Position numbers and translations under genes: made by a program. This document shows, in pieces, positions 17,316-26,289 of a stretch of 64,000 bases of DNA. The number at the start of each line of letters is the position of its first letter. Positions within the stretch are counted from its first letter, which is position 1. The notes beneath the pieces are model-generated. The model saw only the letters and a program-made list of their open reading frames with translations. It was not told the DNA's origin and did not search any database. Source of the DNA: a virus (lineage: Duplodnaviria > Heunggongvirae > Uroviricota > Caudoviricetes); IMG/VR virus record IMGVR_UViG_3300043119_000318; one strand, 5' to 3'.

Positions 17316-17637
17316 CGCCTGTATATGCTATATTATTTTCTTTGATACCGTAAATGATAAGATCTCTTAGAAATTCACCCAAGTACACTTCGAAGTCTTT
17401 TAACTGTTTTGCTGTGAAGTCTTTCCCAGCAGATTCATGCATCGTGTAGTCAAACTTCATCGTCACATGCTCTTCGTCAGCGTCGCCTCGGATCGTATCA
17501 AAAGACACCTTACCGTAAGACACTATTATACCTGAATATGGCTCGGCGAGCAACTTTATCGCATCAACTCCAACCGCATCTTTGTGTTTAACAACTTGAT
17601 GTGGTGGAAGCTTCCAATCATCTGAAACTTCATACAT
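17269..17637 (-). CDS. Hypothetical protein occupying the position of T4 gene 40.
   Basis: A 122-aa ORF between uvsX and gp41. No motif is recognised. Confidence 0.3.
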   Translation of the reverse strand: MYEVSDDWKLPPHQVVKHKDAVGVDAIKLLAEPYSGIIVSYGKVSFDTIRGDADEEHVTMKFDYTMHESAGKDFTAKQLKDFEVYLGEFLRDLIIYGIKENNIAYTGGVDDSRENDSFKSHQ

Positions 17638-17639
17638 AA

Positions 17640-18203
17640 TTAGTCTCCAATCAATGCAAGTTCAGCATCAATGTCTTCACCCTTCATAATTTCTGAAGTC
17701 GAAACTTGATACTTATTTTTAACAAACTCAGAGAAAGTCTTTTGCTGAATAATTGGAAGCCAGAAGTCTTTGCTATCGGTATCCTTCAGACGATACTTTT
17801 TATCTTCAACAACGCCATCTTGATCTACTTTGCTGTACCATCCATTGCTTGGTTTAACGACATGTCCAGATTCTAGAGCAATGTCAAGTAAGCCAGACCA
17901 ACGGCTAATGCCGCCGTCAAAAGATACGCTAACAGGTATTTTAGATTTCTCACGAACATAACGACTCTTTTCTACGTTGATGATAAAGTTGTAACCAACA
18001 ATTTCAGTTCCGTCTTTTTCTTGTTGACGACCAAGAATGAAGATATTGTCAGCAGAGTAGTAAGAACCAGTGTTATGAGTAACTACTCCATTTTCTAACA
18101 CATAATGTTCAACATCCTTTACTGAAATGTCATATACCTTCTTTTTACCAACAGGTGTTATCGATTTAATTTTCATTTTGCGGTTTCCTTTTACATTTAT
18201 CAT
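17640..18203 (-). CDS. uvsX: UvsX recombinase C-terminal fragment, preceded by the C-terminal half of a split intein (IntC).
   Basis: The N-terminal 44 aa, KKKVYDISVKDVEHYVLENGVVTHN, are followed by the +1 Thr (intein blocks F/G). The remainder, GSYYSADNIFILGRQQ...FINVEKSR...SGLLDIALESG, aligns to T4 UvsX from MTGG|TGVMYSADTVFIIG onward. Confidence 0.75.
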   Translation of the reverse strand: MINVKGNRKMKIKSITPVGKKKVYDISVKDVEHYVLENGVVTHNTGSYYSADNIFILGRQQEKDGTEIVGYNFIINVEKSRYVREKSKIPVSVSFDGGISRWSGLLDIALESGHVVKPSNGWYSKVDQDGVVEDKKYRLKDTDSKDFWLPIIQQKTFSEFVKNKYQVSTSEIMKGEDIDAELALIGD

Positions 18204-18870
18204 TATGCCATCTTTTTATATTAGAGGCAGTCGTCACAGTATCACAATGAGAACATTTATATTTCTGTTCGGGTTTCAATTTTCTTGGGTTAACCCAATC
18301 GGAACAATTAAATCTACCATCAGAAATTGATACTCTAATTATTTCTTTAGTATGCACATTTTGTAACATTCTAAGACCCTTCTTTCCGATCTTCTCTCTA
18401 TGTTCATTAGATTTCGGTTTTTTGGCGACCATCTCAACCCAATCAGATATCTGTTTTTCAGTTCTATAATTCTTTCCAGAATGTATATTAGATAATTTCT
18501 GTTTAGTTTCTTCAGAATGGTGTTTACCATAGAAATTGTTACCTTCACCTGAATACTGTATCGATAGAATTTTTGAACGTTCTTTTTTACAGTATTCAAA
18601 TAAATGAGAATTTATAGATCTGGCGCTTTGACCAACCCCAATTCTACTCATCGAATGCCATGCATGAACCAGACTACTAGTTTTATACATTTTATACAAC
18701 AACCAATGCGCCAAATAGTGCTGTCTTGCAGTTAGTAGAACTAGATTCTCTTTAGAGTCATCACCACCCATACAACAAGGTATTATATGATGAGATTCCT
18801 TATAGTCATCTAGTTTTGGATTAGTTTTAGCATCTAAAACTAAGTTCTCGTAAATTTTATAATAGTTCAT
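18166..18870 (-). CDS. Free-standing HNH homing endonuclease.
   Basis: HHIIPCCMGGDDSKENLVLLTARQHYLAH (HNH) near the N-terminus. It lies in a different frame between the two uvsX halves. It has its own TATAAATA late promoter and a GGAGG Shine-Dalgarno sequence. Confidence 0.75.
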   Translation of the reverse strand: MNYYKIYENLVLDAKTNPKLDDYKESHHIIPCCMGGDDSKENLVLLTARQHYLAHWLLYKMYKTSSLVHAWHSMSRIGVGQSARSINSHLFEYCKKERSKILSIQYSGEGNNFYGKHHSEETKQKLSNIHSGKNYRTEKQISDWVEMVAKKPKSNEHREKIGKKGLRMLQNVHTKEIIRVSISDGRFNCSDWVNPRKLKPEQKYKCSHCDTVTTASNIKRWHNDKCKRKPQNEN

Positions 18871-18886
18871 AGTTTCCTCCTACAAC

Positions 18887-18894
18887 TATTTATA
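18887..18894 (-). promoter_or_regulatory. T4-type late promoter TATAAATA serving the HNH endonuclease gene.
   Basis: The minus strand reads TTTTATAAATAGTTGTAGGAGGAAACTATG: TATAAATA, 16 nt, then ATG, with a GGAGG Shine-Dalgarno sequence. Confidence 0.55.
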
Positions 18895-18906
18895 AAATTT
18901 TGAATC

Positions 18907-19815
18907 TTAGTATTCAGCTGATTCCATACCAACAGCCAAATTTTTAGCCTCTACCCATTCATTATTAATTAAAAATTTGTGTTTATCTGAACAAATAACC
19001 TTATATCCATCTTCAAATTCCACCTCAAAACACTCAGGCTCGCCATCTTCTAGTGTTTCTGGATTCCAGGTATATGTTACTTCTTTGCTACCATCAAGGG
19101 TTTTAACTAAATCACCAACTACGAAATCCTCAATAGATTTATATGTTCCATCTGATAGTTCTATTTTCGTGCCTGCAACCAAACAACCACCACCAACGAT
19201 GTCCTTTGGATACAATCCGATTTCTTTATACGTATGGTTCACAACAACCATAGGAATATCCTTCATGGTCAAGTGTGGAGTTACCATACGGAACAACGAC
19301 TTCATTTGCTTGGCACGGCTCATATCGGCAACCGACTTACCGTCCAAGGCATCCTCGACTTCTTTCTTAGAAGCAAGATTACCAATGGAGTCAATGATGA
19401 TCATGATTTTATCACTACGCTCGATGACAGAAAGTTGCTGCATGATATCAAACTTCAACTGTTCAACGTCCATGATTGGAGTATGCACAACACGCGAAGT
19501 ATCAATACCAAACGAATCGAAGTAAGACTGTGGAGTGCCGAACTCAGAATCATAGAACAGCAAAGCTGATTCTGGATACTTGTCCATGTATGACTTTGCC
19601 ATCAGCAAAGAGAATGCGGTCTTAAAGTGTTTCGATGGACCTGCCCACATCGTGAGTCCAGGAACGAATCCACCGTCAAGTCGACCTGAAAGTGCGACGT
19701 TGATTACGGGAATAGAAGTGGGAATCATATCCTTCTTCTGAAAGAACTTTGATTGTGCAAGAATCGCAGTTTCTTTAATTGTAGTATTTTTCTTAATTTT
19801 ATCTAGTATGCTCAT
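18907..19815 (-). CDS. uvsX: UvsX recombinase N-terminal fragment (RecA-like core, Walker A/B), fused in frame to the N-terminal half of a split intein (IntN).
   Basis: A RecA/UvsX-like N-extein up to IVGGG. From Cys211 the sequence reads CLVAGTKIELSDGT...SDKHKFL (Hint blocks A and B) and ends after about 93 aa. Confidence 0.8.
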   Translation of the reverse strand: MSILDKIKKNTTIKETAILAQSKFFQKKDMIPTSIPVINVALSGRLDGGFVPGLTMWAGPSKHFKTAFSLLMAKSYMDKYPESALLFYDSEFGTPQSYFDSFGIDTSRVVHTPIMDVEQLKFDIMQQLSVIERSDKIMIIIDSIGNLASKKEVEDALDGKSVADMSRAKQMKSLFRMVTPHLTMKDIPMVVVNHTYKEIGLYPKDIVGGGCLVAGTKIELSDGTYKSIEDFVVGDLVKTLDGSKEVTYTWNPETLEDGEPECFEVEFEDGYKVICSDKHKFLINNEWVEAKNLAVGMESAEY

Positions 19816-19833
19816 AGTATTCCTTAGTTTAGT

Positions 19834-20385
19834 TTATGGGTTCCATCGTGAATGAGGAACATCGAATACAAAAGTTATTCGAACACAGTCACCGGTGTTT
19901 TCTGTTCCATGTAATAATTTATTGTTGAACCAAAGTAGAGTACCAGGTTCAACATCAACAAATTCGTCACCTACATGGTAACGATAGGTTCCTTGAATTG
20001 ATAGATGATATCTATCTTTTGTTTGGTAGTAGCTACCGTCATCGATATGTAAACCAACATGACCACCTACAGGTAGAGACAAAAAACCACACCGTTTGAA
20101 AGTGTTAAGTCTATTTCGCTTTAACCAAGAAATGATTTCTGTGTGTCGATGATATGCTGGTGTGGCTACAGAAAGCTCACTATCTCCAACGAAATCTTTA
20201 GCGGCGCGTACTGCACCAATAACCAGCTGCAGCACGTCCGCATTAATATCATCGTATCCACGATCTAGAAGGGACTCAACTTTTTCGAGTTTCTTTTGAG
20301 AACCCCAATCTTCTGGATACTGTTCTAGCTGTTTGAGTATCTTAGAGACATTGATTCCTGTCTTAATAACTCTGATGTTTTTCAT
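19834..20385 (-). CDS. Cupin / 2OG-Fe(II) oxygenase-like protein.
   Basis: HIDDG (HxD) and LLHGTEN (distal His) motifs. Size and fold are typical of cyanophage 2OG oxygenases. Confidence 0.45.
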   Translation of the reverse strand: MKNIRVIKTGINVSKILKQLEQYPEDWGSQKKLEKVESLLDRGYDDINADVLQLVIGAVRAAKDFVGDSELSVATPAYHRHTEIISWLKRNRLNTFKRCGFLSLPVGGHVGLHIDDGSYYQTKDRYHLSIQGTYRYHVGDEFVDVEPGTLLWFNNKLLHGTENTGDCVRITFVFDVPHSRWNP

Positions 20386-20630
20386 GCAAGAAATTCTAAC
20401 AACTGGGCTTCTGACATAGAGCCAACCTTGCGTTTAACTTCCGCATTGTTTTCATTGACAATGATCATCGTGGGCACGGAACGAATGCCATAGTGCAGTG
20501 CTGCAGCAGTGTCATGGTCAATATCAATTTCTTCAATGGGCACTGTGATTTTATCGCCGGCATTTTTAATAATTTGCGTCATCGATTTGCACGGTGCGCA
20601 CCATTCTGCTTTAAATTTTAATACTCTCAT
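20382..20630 (-). CDS. Thioredoxin or glutaredoxin-like protein.
   Basis: WCAPCK active site. The start was set at the internal Met (MRVLKF) preceded by AAGGAAAC. The longer ORF-track version would overlap the upstream gene by about 80 nt. Confidence 0.6.
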   Translation of the reverse strand: MRVLKFKAEWCAPCKSMTQIIKNAGDKITVPIEEIDIDHDTAAALHYGIRSVPTMIIVNENNAEVKRKVGSMSEAQLLEFLA

Positions 20631-20638
20631 AGGTTTCC

Positions 20639-21256
20639 TTATGTGTAATGACAATACGTTGATAGTATGTATTTTGAGTTGCTGATAGGTGGAAGTGCCT
20701 TGTGTGGGTACATCCACATTGGAGGGAATACTACTATTCTACCTCGCCTTGGGTTAATACTCAAATCTTTTTCTGGATAAAAACTTGAGTCATTGAAAAC
20801 CGTTTGTCCGCCGTCTTCAACATCATTCAGATAAAAGAACATCGAAAGGAACCTGCGCGCAGAAGAATAATCTCCAACGTCACTATGCCAGTCAAACTTA
20901 TCCGTATCGTTTACACTATACTTCTTAAGTCTAAGTTCTTCATATCCAATTTTAGTTGGGAAGAATTCGATCTCACATTTTTCTTTATAGAACTCAACTA
21001 GATTTTTACTTAAAGTGTAGAGCTCTATACAGTTTTCTTGAAATTCTTCTTCTTTAGTTAAGTTTAACTCGTCGAATCTTTTCTGATAAGAACCATGCCA
21101 AGTAGCTTCTGTAGATTCAACATTTAGTGAAGCATCAAATTTTTCAATAAGCTCATTGCATAATTCATCGCTCAATACGTCGTCAAGAATCATAACGTAA
21201 TCAGATAGCTTTTTCAAAAGAAGTCCTCCAATGAAGATTGTTGTTCGGTTTTCCAA
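20639..21256 (-). CDS. 2OG-Fe(II) oxygenase, prolyl-4-hydroxylase-like.
   Basis: HSDVGD (HxD) and a distal His in PPMWMYPHKA. P4Hc-type composition. Confidence 0.55.
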   Translation of the reverse strand: MENRTTIFIGGLLLKKLSDYVMILDDVLSDELCNELIEKFDASLNVESTEATWHGSYQKRFDELNLTKEEEFQENCIELYTLSKNLVEFYKEKCEIEFFPTKIGYEELRLKKYSVNDTDKFDWHSDVGDYSSARRFLSMFFYLNDVEDGGQTVFNDSSFYPEKDLSINPRRGRIVVFPPMWMYPHKALPPISNSKYILSTYCHYT

Positions 21257-23700
21257 CCAAGTGGTTCAATAATAGTTGACAGTGCATCAAGAAAGGTTTT
21301 CTGGAACTGTAGTTCATAGTCGATATACTTATGTATGTTAAATTCCTTGGGTAGTTCTTGACTAAAGGAAATAACATCCTCGTGAAATGGATTTGGTTTC
21401 TTCACATAGATGAATCGAATCTTATCACCGTCTCTAATGAGAGGATATTTATTACCCAGGGATAGCTTCTTCACATAGTGATTAAACAGCAACGATCCAC
21501 GAACATGAATAGGAGTACCCTTTGTGTAGATAGGAGATCCGGCATACTGCTTCATACCATTCACACCACGAGGGAAAGCTATCTGTTCAACACTTAGTTT
21601 ATTAAACTCTGTTCTAAAGTCCTCAATATACTTATGTAGAACCTCTTGTTCTCCGGCAAGAATAACGTTGATTGAATCTTTAAGTTTTTTACGAATAACG
21701 GCAGGCGTAGAGGACTTGACCATCTCCAAACCCATGACCTTAATCTTAGGCTTTGCGTACTGCACACCTTCAGAGTTATGGACGTTCAGAATGTAACGCT
21801 TCTTGGCAGTCCAGATACCCTTGTCTGCCAAAACTTCTCGCTTCATCTGCATCTTCTGATCATAGGCATTCATATAATCAGCCAATTCTTGATACGTATC
21901 ATCGATGAACGGTTGGAAGATCTCATTACAGATCTTATCCATGTACTTGATCTTTTGCTCAGTAGTTTTATCAACACAGGTATGCTCGACCAGAGCTTCA
22001 AGCGAAAGATAAATCGAGTCAGTGTCAATCGCAATGATGTAATCTTTACCCTTGGTCTTCAGGATGCGATCCATGTACTTGTTGAATTCATTAGCCATCC
22101 AACGAATAGACAGTTGACCCGAAGTCGTGATACCTTCAGCTAACCGTAGATCAAAGTAACGAAAGTACGAATTACCAAGCGCACCATAAGCTGAGTTAAG
22201 TGCAATCTTCATAGCCATCTGCAGATTATTCAGACGCGATATCTCTTTACGTAGGTCGTTGTTACTCTTGTCGTGTTCATACTGCTGTTCAATCTTCAAC
22301 ATCTGCTTCTTGAACTTGCTTCGGTCAGTATACATCTTTTCCATCAGCTTGGGTAAGAACCCCTTGACGTCTTTACGATAACACCAGCCGTTCGCAGTCA
22401 ATGCTAAGTTCTTTTCCTTGGCATAGGAAGTATCAACTTCTTTATTAAGCAGCTTATCCACTGTACAGCTAATCTTCTCGTGGCTCAAAGTCTCCGGAGA
22501 CATGTTATACTGCATGATCAAGTGAGGGTACAAAGAGTTCAAGTCAAAGGAAGCAACCCACTTATGCAAACCAATCAGTGGATCTTTAACGAACGCACCT
22601 TCGAACTGAGCATCTTTACCTGAGTATTCCTTCTGGGGAATAACGATACCTTCATCACGCAGGTGATTATAGATGATGGCATCCCACATACGAACTGGAC
22701 TGAAGACGTCCTCGTAGTTGATCTTGGCTTGATATGCCATGGTTAAACACAGTTCAATTAGACGCATCTTATCTTCTAGACGAACAACCAGTGCAACGTC
22801 TTGAATGTTATAATCAACGAACTGTTGCCAGTAGTTTGTATAGAAGTCTTTGAAGTCCTCGCCAGGATTCTCTTTCTTGTTATCGCCAAGTTCAACCTCT
22901 GCAATATAATCAAGACGATAAGACTCTTGCTTCGTGTAGGTAAACTTCTTATACAGATCAAGATAATCTAAGTGTGCAATACCTTGGATGTCATAGGACA
23001 ACTCTTCATTACCCTTGATGAAGATCTTACGCTCATTGACGATACCATGTGGTGACAGTTTGTTAGAACTGTTCTCGCCAAGTTCTCGTTCAATGCGACG
23101 AACAAGATACGGAATGTCGAATAGGTTAGTGTTCCATCCAGTGATAACATCAGGGTAGTTCTTAGACCAATAGTTTAAGAATTCACGGAACAACATGATC
23201 TCGCTATCACACATGATGAAGCGGACGTTTTCGTGTTTGTTCACGTAAGGTTTAGTACCAAACGTAATAGTCTCTTTGAGTTTAGAGTCTGTGATTGTAA
23301 TTAGGATAACTTCTTCATTGGCATTCTTGATATCTGGGAAACCGTTTTCTGTTTTGGTTTCAATGTCGAATGTGAATACACGAATCAGATCCATATCCCA
23401 TAGGATATCTGACTGGTAGTTATCGCTTAAATACTGGTAAGTGTAGTTGGTGTTACCATAGATCTGGAATCCCTCAACACCTTCGTAAGTCTTAACGAAC
23501 TCACGCGTGTCACGGATACTTCCAGGATGGACTTCATCAACGACTGTTCCATCCAGAGTCCGCCATTCACTGTCGGGCTTCTTGGATGGAACATAGAGGG
23601 TTGGAAAGAATTCGCGCTTTTCGTTGAAGGGAATTCCGTCTTCATAACCCCTTACTGCTAACCTATTACCAAGTGGATATACATTTGTATAAAACTTCAT
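21214..23700 (-). CDS. 43: Family B DNA polymerase (T4 gp43 homologue) with a C-terminal SSLEDFF clamp-binding-type tail.
   Basis: Exo motifs (FDIET), pol motifs (DTDS, KxxxNSxYG) and a T4 gp43-like C-terminus (T4: SLDFLFG). Confidence 0.9.
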   Translation of the reverse strand: MKFYTNVYPLGNRLAVRGYEDGIPFNEKREFFPTLYVPSKKPDSEWRTLDGTVVDEVHPGSIRDTREFVKTYEGVEGFQIYGNTNYTYQYLSDNYQSDILWDMDLIRVFTFDIETKTENGFPDIKNANEEVILITITDSKLKETITFGTKPYVNKHENVRFIMCDSEIMLFREFLNYWSKNYPDVITGWNTNLFDIPYLVRRIERELGENSSNKLSPHGIVNERKIFIKGNEELSYDIQGIAHLDYLDLYKKFTYTKQESYRLDYIAEVELGDNKKENPGEDFKDFYTNYWQQFVDYNIQDVALVVRLEDKMRLIELCLTMAYQAKINYEDVFSPVRMWDAIIYNHLRDEGIVIPQKEYSGKDAQFEGAFVKDPLIGLHKWVASFDLNSLYPHLIMQYNMSPETLSHEKISCTVDKLLNKEVDTSYAKEKNLALTANGWCYRKDVKGFLPKLMEKMYTDRSKFKKQMLKIEQQYEHDKSNNDLRKEISRLNNLQMAMKIALNSAYGALGNSYFRYFDLRLAEGITTSGQLSIRWMANEFNKYMDRILKTKGKDYIIAIDTDSIYLSLEALVEHTCVDKTTEQKIKYMDKICNEIFQPFIDDTYQELADYMNAYDQKMQMKREVLADKGIWTAKKRYILNVHNSEGVQYAKPKIKVMGLEMVKSSTPAVIRKKLKDSINVILAGEQEVLHKYIEDFRTEFNKLSVEQIAFPRGVNGMKQYAGSPIYTKGTPIHVRGSLLFNHYVKKLSLGNKYPLIRDGDKIRFIYVKKPNPFHEDVISFSQELPKEFNIHKYIDYELQFQKTFLDALSTIIEPLGWKTEQQSSLEDFF

Positions 23701-24209
23701 TAAGCACTCTTTCCGTATAGCAGCATCATCGCGTCGAGAGCACAGTCATGCACCGGATGGTGTTTGATGACTTCGTGTCTCTTAAAAGTTGGGTGTTCGA
23801 TATCGCAGTATCCATTGCTGGAACCACTAAGCAGGTCAACTGCTGTTCTCATATCTCTCCACATATTATACCCCGTTATAGGCTGCATGTCAACTTTCCT
23901 TGCCAAGCTATCAATAGCCAACTGATCAAGAGAACCTCGTGCCCACATGGTATGTTTGTTTGCATTCGGATACTTGTTCATATAGTTGTGCAGTGCAGTG
24001 ATTGCATCTTCAGCTGGCATATCATCGGGTTTCGGATCGAATGAAAGAGCACGAACAAATTCATGCTGATTCTTCCACCACTCAAGCGTGTCAACATCAA
24101 CGCTACGTTTGAGTCTTTGGATCTGATCTTTGGCATTCAGCTTAACAAAGATAGCATCATCCAAGAGTTTCTGATAGTCAGGCTTTTCTTCAGGGTCAAA
24201 ATAAATCAA
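23700..24209 (-). CDS. DnaQ/DEDDh-like 3'-5' exonuclease (DexA-like).
   Basis: C-terminal HHPVHDCALDA resembles Exo III motif H-x4-D. It lies directly upstream of gp43. The match is weak. Confidence 0.4.
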   Translation of the reverse strand: MIYFDPEEKPDYQKLLDDAIFVKLNAKDQIQRLKRSVDVDTLEWWKNQHEFVRALSFDPKPDDMPAEDAITALHNYMNKYPNANKHTMWARGSLDQLAIDSLARKVDMQPITGYNMWRDMRTAVDLLSGSSNGYCDIEHPTFKRHEVIKHHPVHDCALDAMMLLYGKSA

Positions 24210-24282
24210 TGCTGCAGAAAGAACAACAGAATTAGATTCAACGCCAAGGGTTTCTACATCGAAAATAAAAATTTTGATTCTC

Positions 24283-24555
24283 CTATTTGTCGCGGGTGAA
24301 GAAGGTTTTCATCTTCTGTTCCTGAGACCAGTCTTTAGTGTAGTCATTATCTACATCACAAAGAGCCAGAGCTTCAGCTTCAGAAACAACGCGGTGAGAA
24401 ACGATAGTTTCATCAAGATGCTCTTGAGAGAATTCCTTGGCTTCCTGCATAACTACAGTATCCAAAGCATACTCTGGATGATCGGCAGGAACTTCTACCA
24501 TATAACGCATACGAAACATAGAAACTGCTTCGACTAATACCCAAGACTTATTCAT
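24283..24555 (-). CDS. Hypothetical protein.
   Basis: Acidic 90-aa ORF. Confidence 0.3.
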   Translation of the reverse strand: MNKSWVLVEAVSMFRMRYMVEVPADHPEYALDTVVMQEAKEFSQEHLDETIVSHRVVSEAEALALCDVDNDYTKDWSQEQKMKTFFTRDK

Positions 24556-24985
24556 TTGGAAACCTTTCTTTCATTGATTTTTGACGCTCAGCTTCATGCT
24601 CGTCACACAAGGTGCGAATCCACCCACCGCTTCTACTCTCACCTGGCTTGCCGCAATTTTCGCAAGTATTTGCTGCCCAAGATTCTGCCACTCTAATCAT
24701 ACCATCTACAACATCATCTCCACCAGAGTAGTAGAAGCGAAGCCCACCAAACTTCTCTTTGATCTGTTGAACAGTAACCTGTTTAACTGGAGCACCTCTA
24801 CCGTGATTTTCAAATTGTGAATTCTTCCAGTCTGTGTAGTACTGAATACGCATACAAAGACTTTTAATAATCTGCCACCAACCCGCACCTACAGAAAAAC
24901 CACCATAGGGATCAGCGAACATTTTAGGATACTCAGTTTCCATTTCCTTAGCGAATTCATCATACTTAACCTCATCGTAGCTCAT
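24548..24985 (-). CDS. Hypothetical Cys-rich protein, possibly zinc-binding.
   Basis: A CENCGK...C cluster near the C-terminus. Confidence 0.35.
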   Translation of the reverse strand: MSYDEVKYDEFAKEMETEYPKMFADPYGGFSVGAGWWQIIKSLCMRIQYYTDWKNSQFENHGRGAPVKQVTVQQIKEKFGGLRFYYSGGDDVVDGMIRVAESWAANTCENCGKPGESRSGGWIRTLCDEHEAERQKSMKERFPNE

Positions 24986-26289
24986 TTAATATCTCCATCA
25001 GAGTCTGCAACATCTTTGTCGCTGCGAATTTCAACAAAGATCGGGAGGAACAAAGATTCTTCACCCAACCTGTTCTTGATACGACAATTATACTTGACCG
25101 CAGCGATTTTGTCAAGTAAGTTTTCTTTGAATAGTGCCTTGCGTTGATCGTCGTTGAAACCTGAACCAACACGAGTCTTTACAACACCGTCCGCGGATTC
25201 GCAAAGAATCGCACCAAGCATTCCAACATACTTACCAGTACCTTCTTCAACGCCAACGATCTTCAGGTCACATTCCAACTCACCCTTAAATTTGATCTGG
25301 TGCTTGGCACGTTTATCTTCCCAAACACCGGAACCATCCTTGAGGATAATACCCTCAAGACCATTCGCAAGATATTCTTCGAACTTAGCATTAGCTTGTT
25401 CTTGATTCTCAACGAGATCGTTAGAGACCAACCAGATCTTTTTCTTGCGGTCATCAGTGTTGTTCAACAGATCAGACAACGCAGAAAATCGTTTAGCGTA
25501 GGGAGTGGCGCAGTAGCCATCTGCAAATAGAATGTAAGGAATCATATCCCAAACCGTGGCATGGACCATGGCTGCTTCTTTAGCAGAGATAGTTCCTTTG
25601 TTAGCTTTATTGAGAATTCCATTGCCAGTCTGACGATCCATAAACTGGAAGTCTTCCGGATGCATGACCATAAGCTCACCGTCGAACACACAATCACTAT
25701 CGCCAGCAAGTGCCAAGAATTCTTGCTCCAAGTTACCCAGAAGTTGAATCTCTTTGCCGTTTCGGCTACGGAATTCCACTGCACCGTTACGCACGATGGC
25801 ATTGAAACGCATACCGTCCATCTTTAGCTGAACATAGGCAGGGAACTTGATCTTGTCGACTAGCTTCTGCTCAAAGGGAGAGCAAAGCATCACCGGGTAT
25901 TCATGCACCAGACCCATCCAAACTTTGTTTGCAGTGCTAGCGGAGAACCCTGCGCGAAGATCTTTCCCGATAACTTTCTCGATAACCTTGGCATCATCTG
26001 CAGTTAGGCTGGACAAGATGAATCGAAGAAATTCGATACCGACGTTTCCTGTGCGCTCACGCGAGGAAAGTTCATACAATCGATCCAGTGCCCAATTTAG
26101 AGTGCAACCAATAGTATGTTGAGTATCATACTTTGGAATCTTACGGATATAGAATTGTGTGAACGGACAGTATGCCAGACGGATAACTTCGCGAAGGGTT
26201 TCGTTATCACGGTTAGCTTCTAGCTGCTCGATTTTGAAATTGCGAGATGCGTTGGCAGCGAGAGATTCTAGAAAATCATTAATATTCAT
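24982..26289 (-). CDS. 30: ATP-dependent DNA ligase.
   Basis: LKMDGMRF (KxDGxR adenylation motif I), DGELMV (motif III), EGIILK and a C-terminal OB-fold region. Confidence 0.7.
   Translation of the reverse strand: MNINDFLESLAANASRNFKIEQLEANRDNETLREVIRLAYCPFTQFYIRKIPKYDTQHTIGCTLNWALDRLYELSSRERTGNVGIEFLRFILSSLTADDAKVIEKVIGKDLRAGFSASTANKVWMGLVHEYPVMLCSPFEQKLVDKIKFPAYVQLKMDGMRFNAIVRNGAVEFRSRNGKEIQLLGNLEQEFLALAGDSDCVFDGELMVMHPEDFQFMDRQTGNGILNKANKGTISAKEAAMVHATVWDMIPYILFADGYCATPYAKRFSALSDLLNNTDDRKKKIWLVSNDLVENQEQANAKFEEYLANGLEGIILKDGSGVWEDKRAKHQIKFKGELECDLKIVGVEEGTGKYVGMLGAILCESADGVVKTRVGSGFNDDQRKALFKENLLDKIAAVKYNCRIKNRLGEESLFLPIFVEIRSDKDVADSDGDIK

Larger units (their letters stand above)
18072..19185 (-). 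mobile_element. Split intein (IntN 18910..19185, IntC 18072..18203) with a free-standing HNH endonuclease gene between the halves, interrupting uvsX at GG|T.
   Basis: Hint block A CLVAGTKIE begins at Cys211 of the N-fragment. Block B is SDKHKFL. C-terminal blocks VYDISVKDVEHYVLENGVVTHN are followed by Thr. The pieces lie in three reading frames. Confidence 0.7.

Noticed and set aside
21214-23700. Possible intein or intron in the DNA polymerase gene, common in T4-like phages.
   Set aside because: The ORF is continuous for 828 aa and aligns colinearly with T4 gp43 motifs. No Hint blocks or frame breaks were seen.
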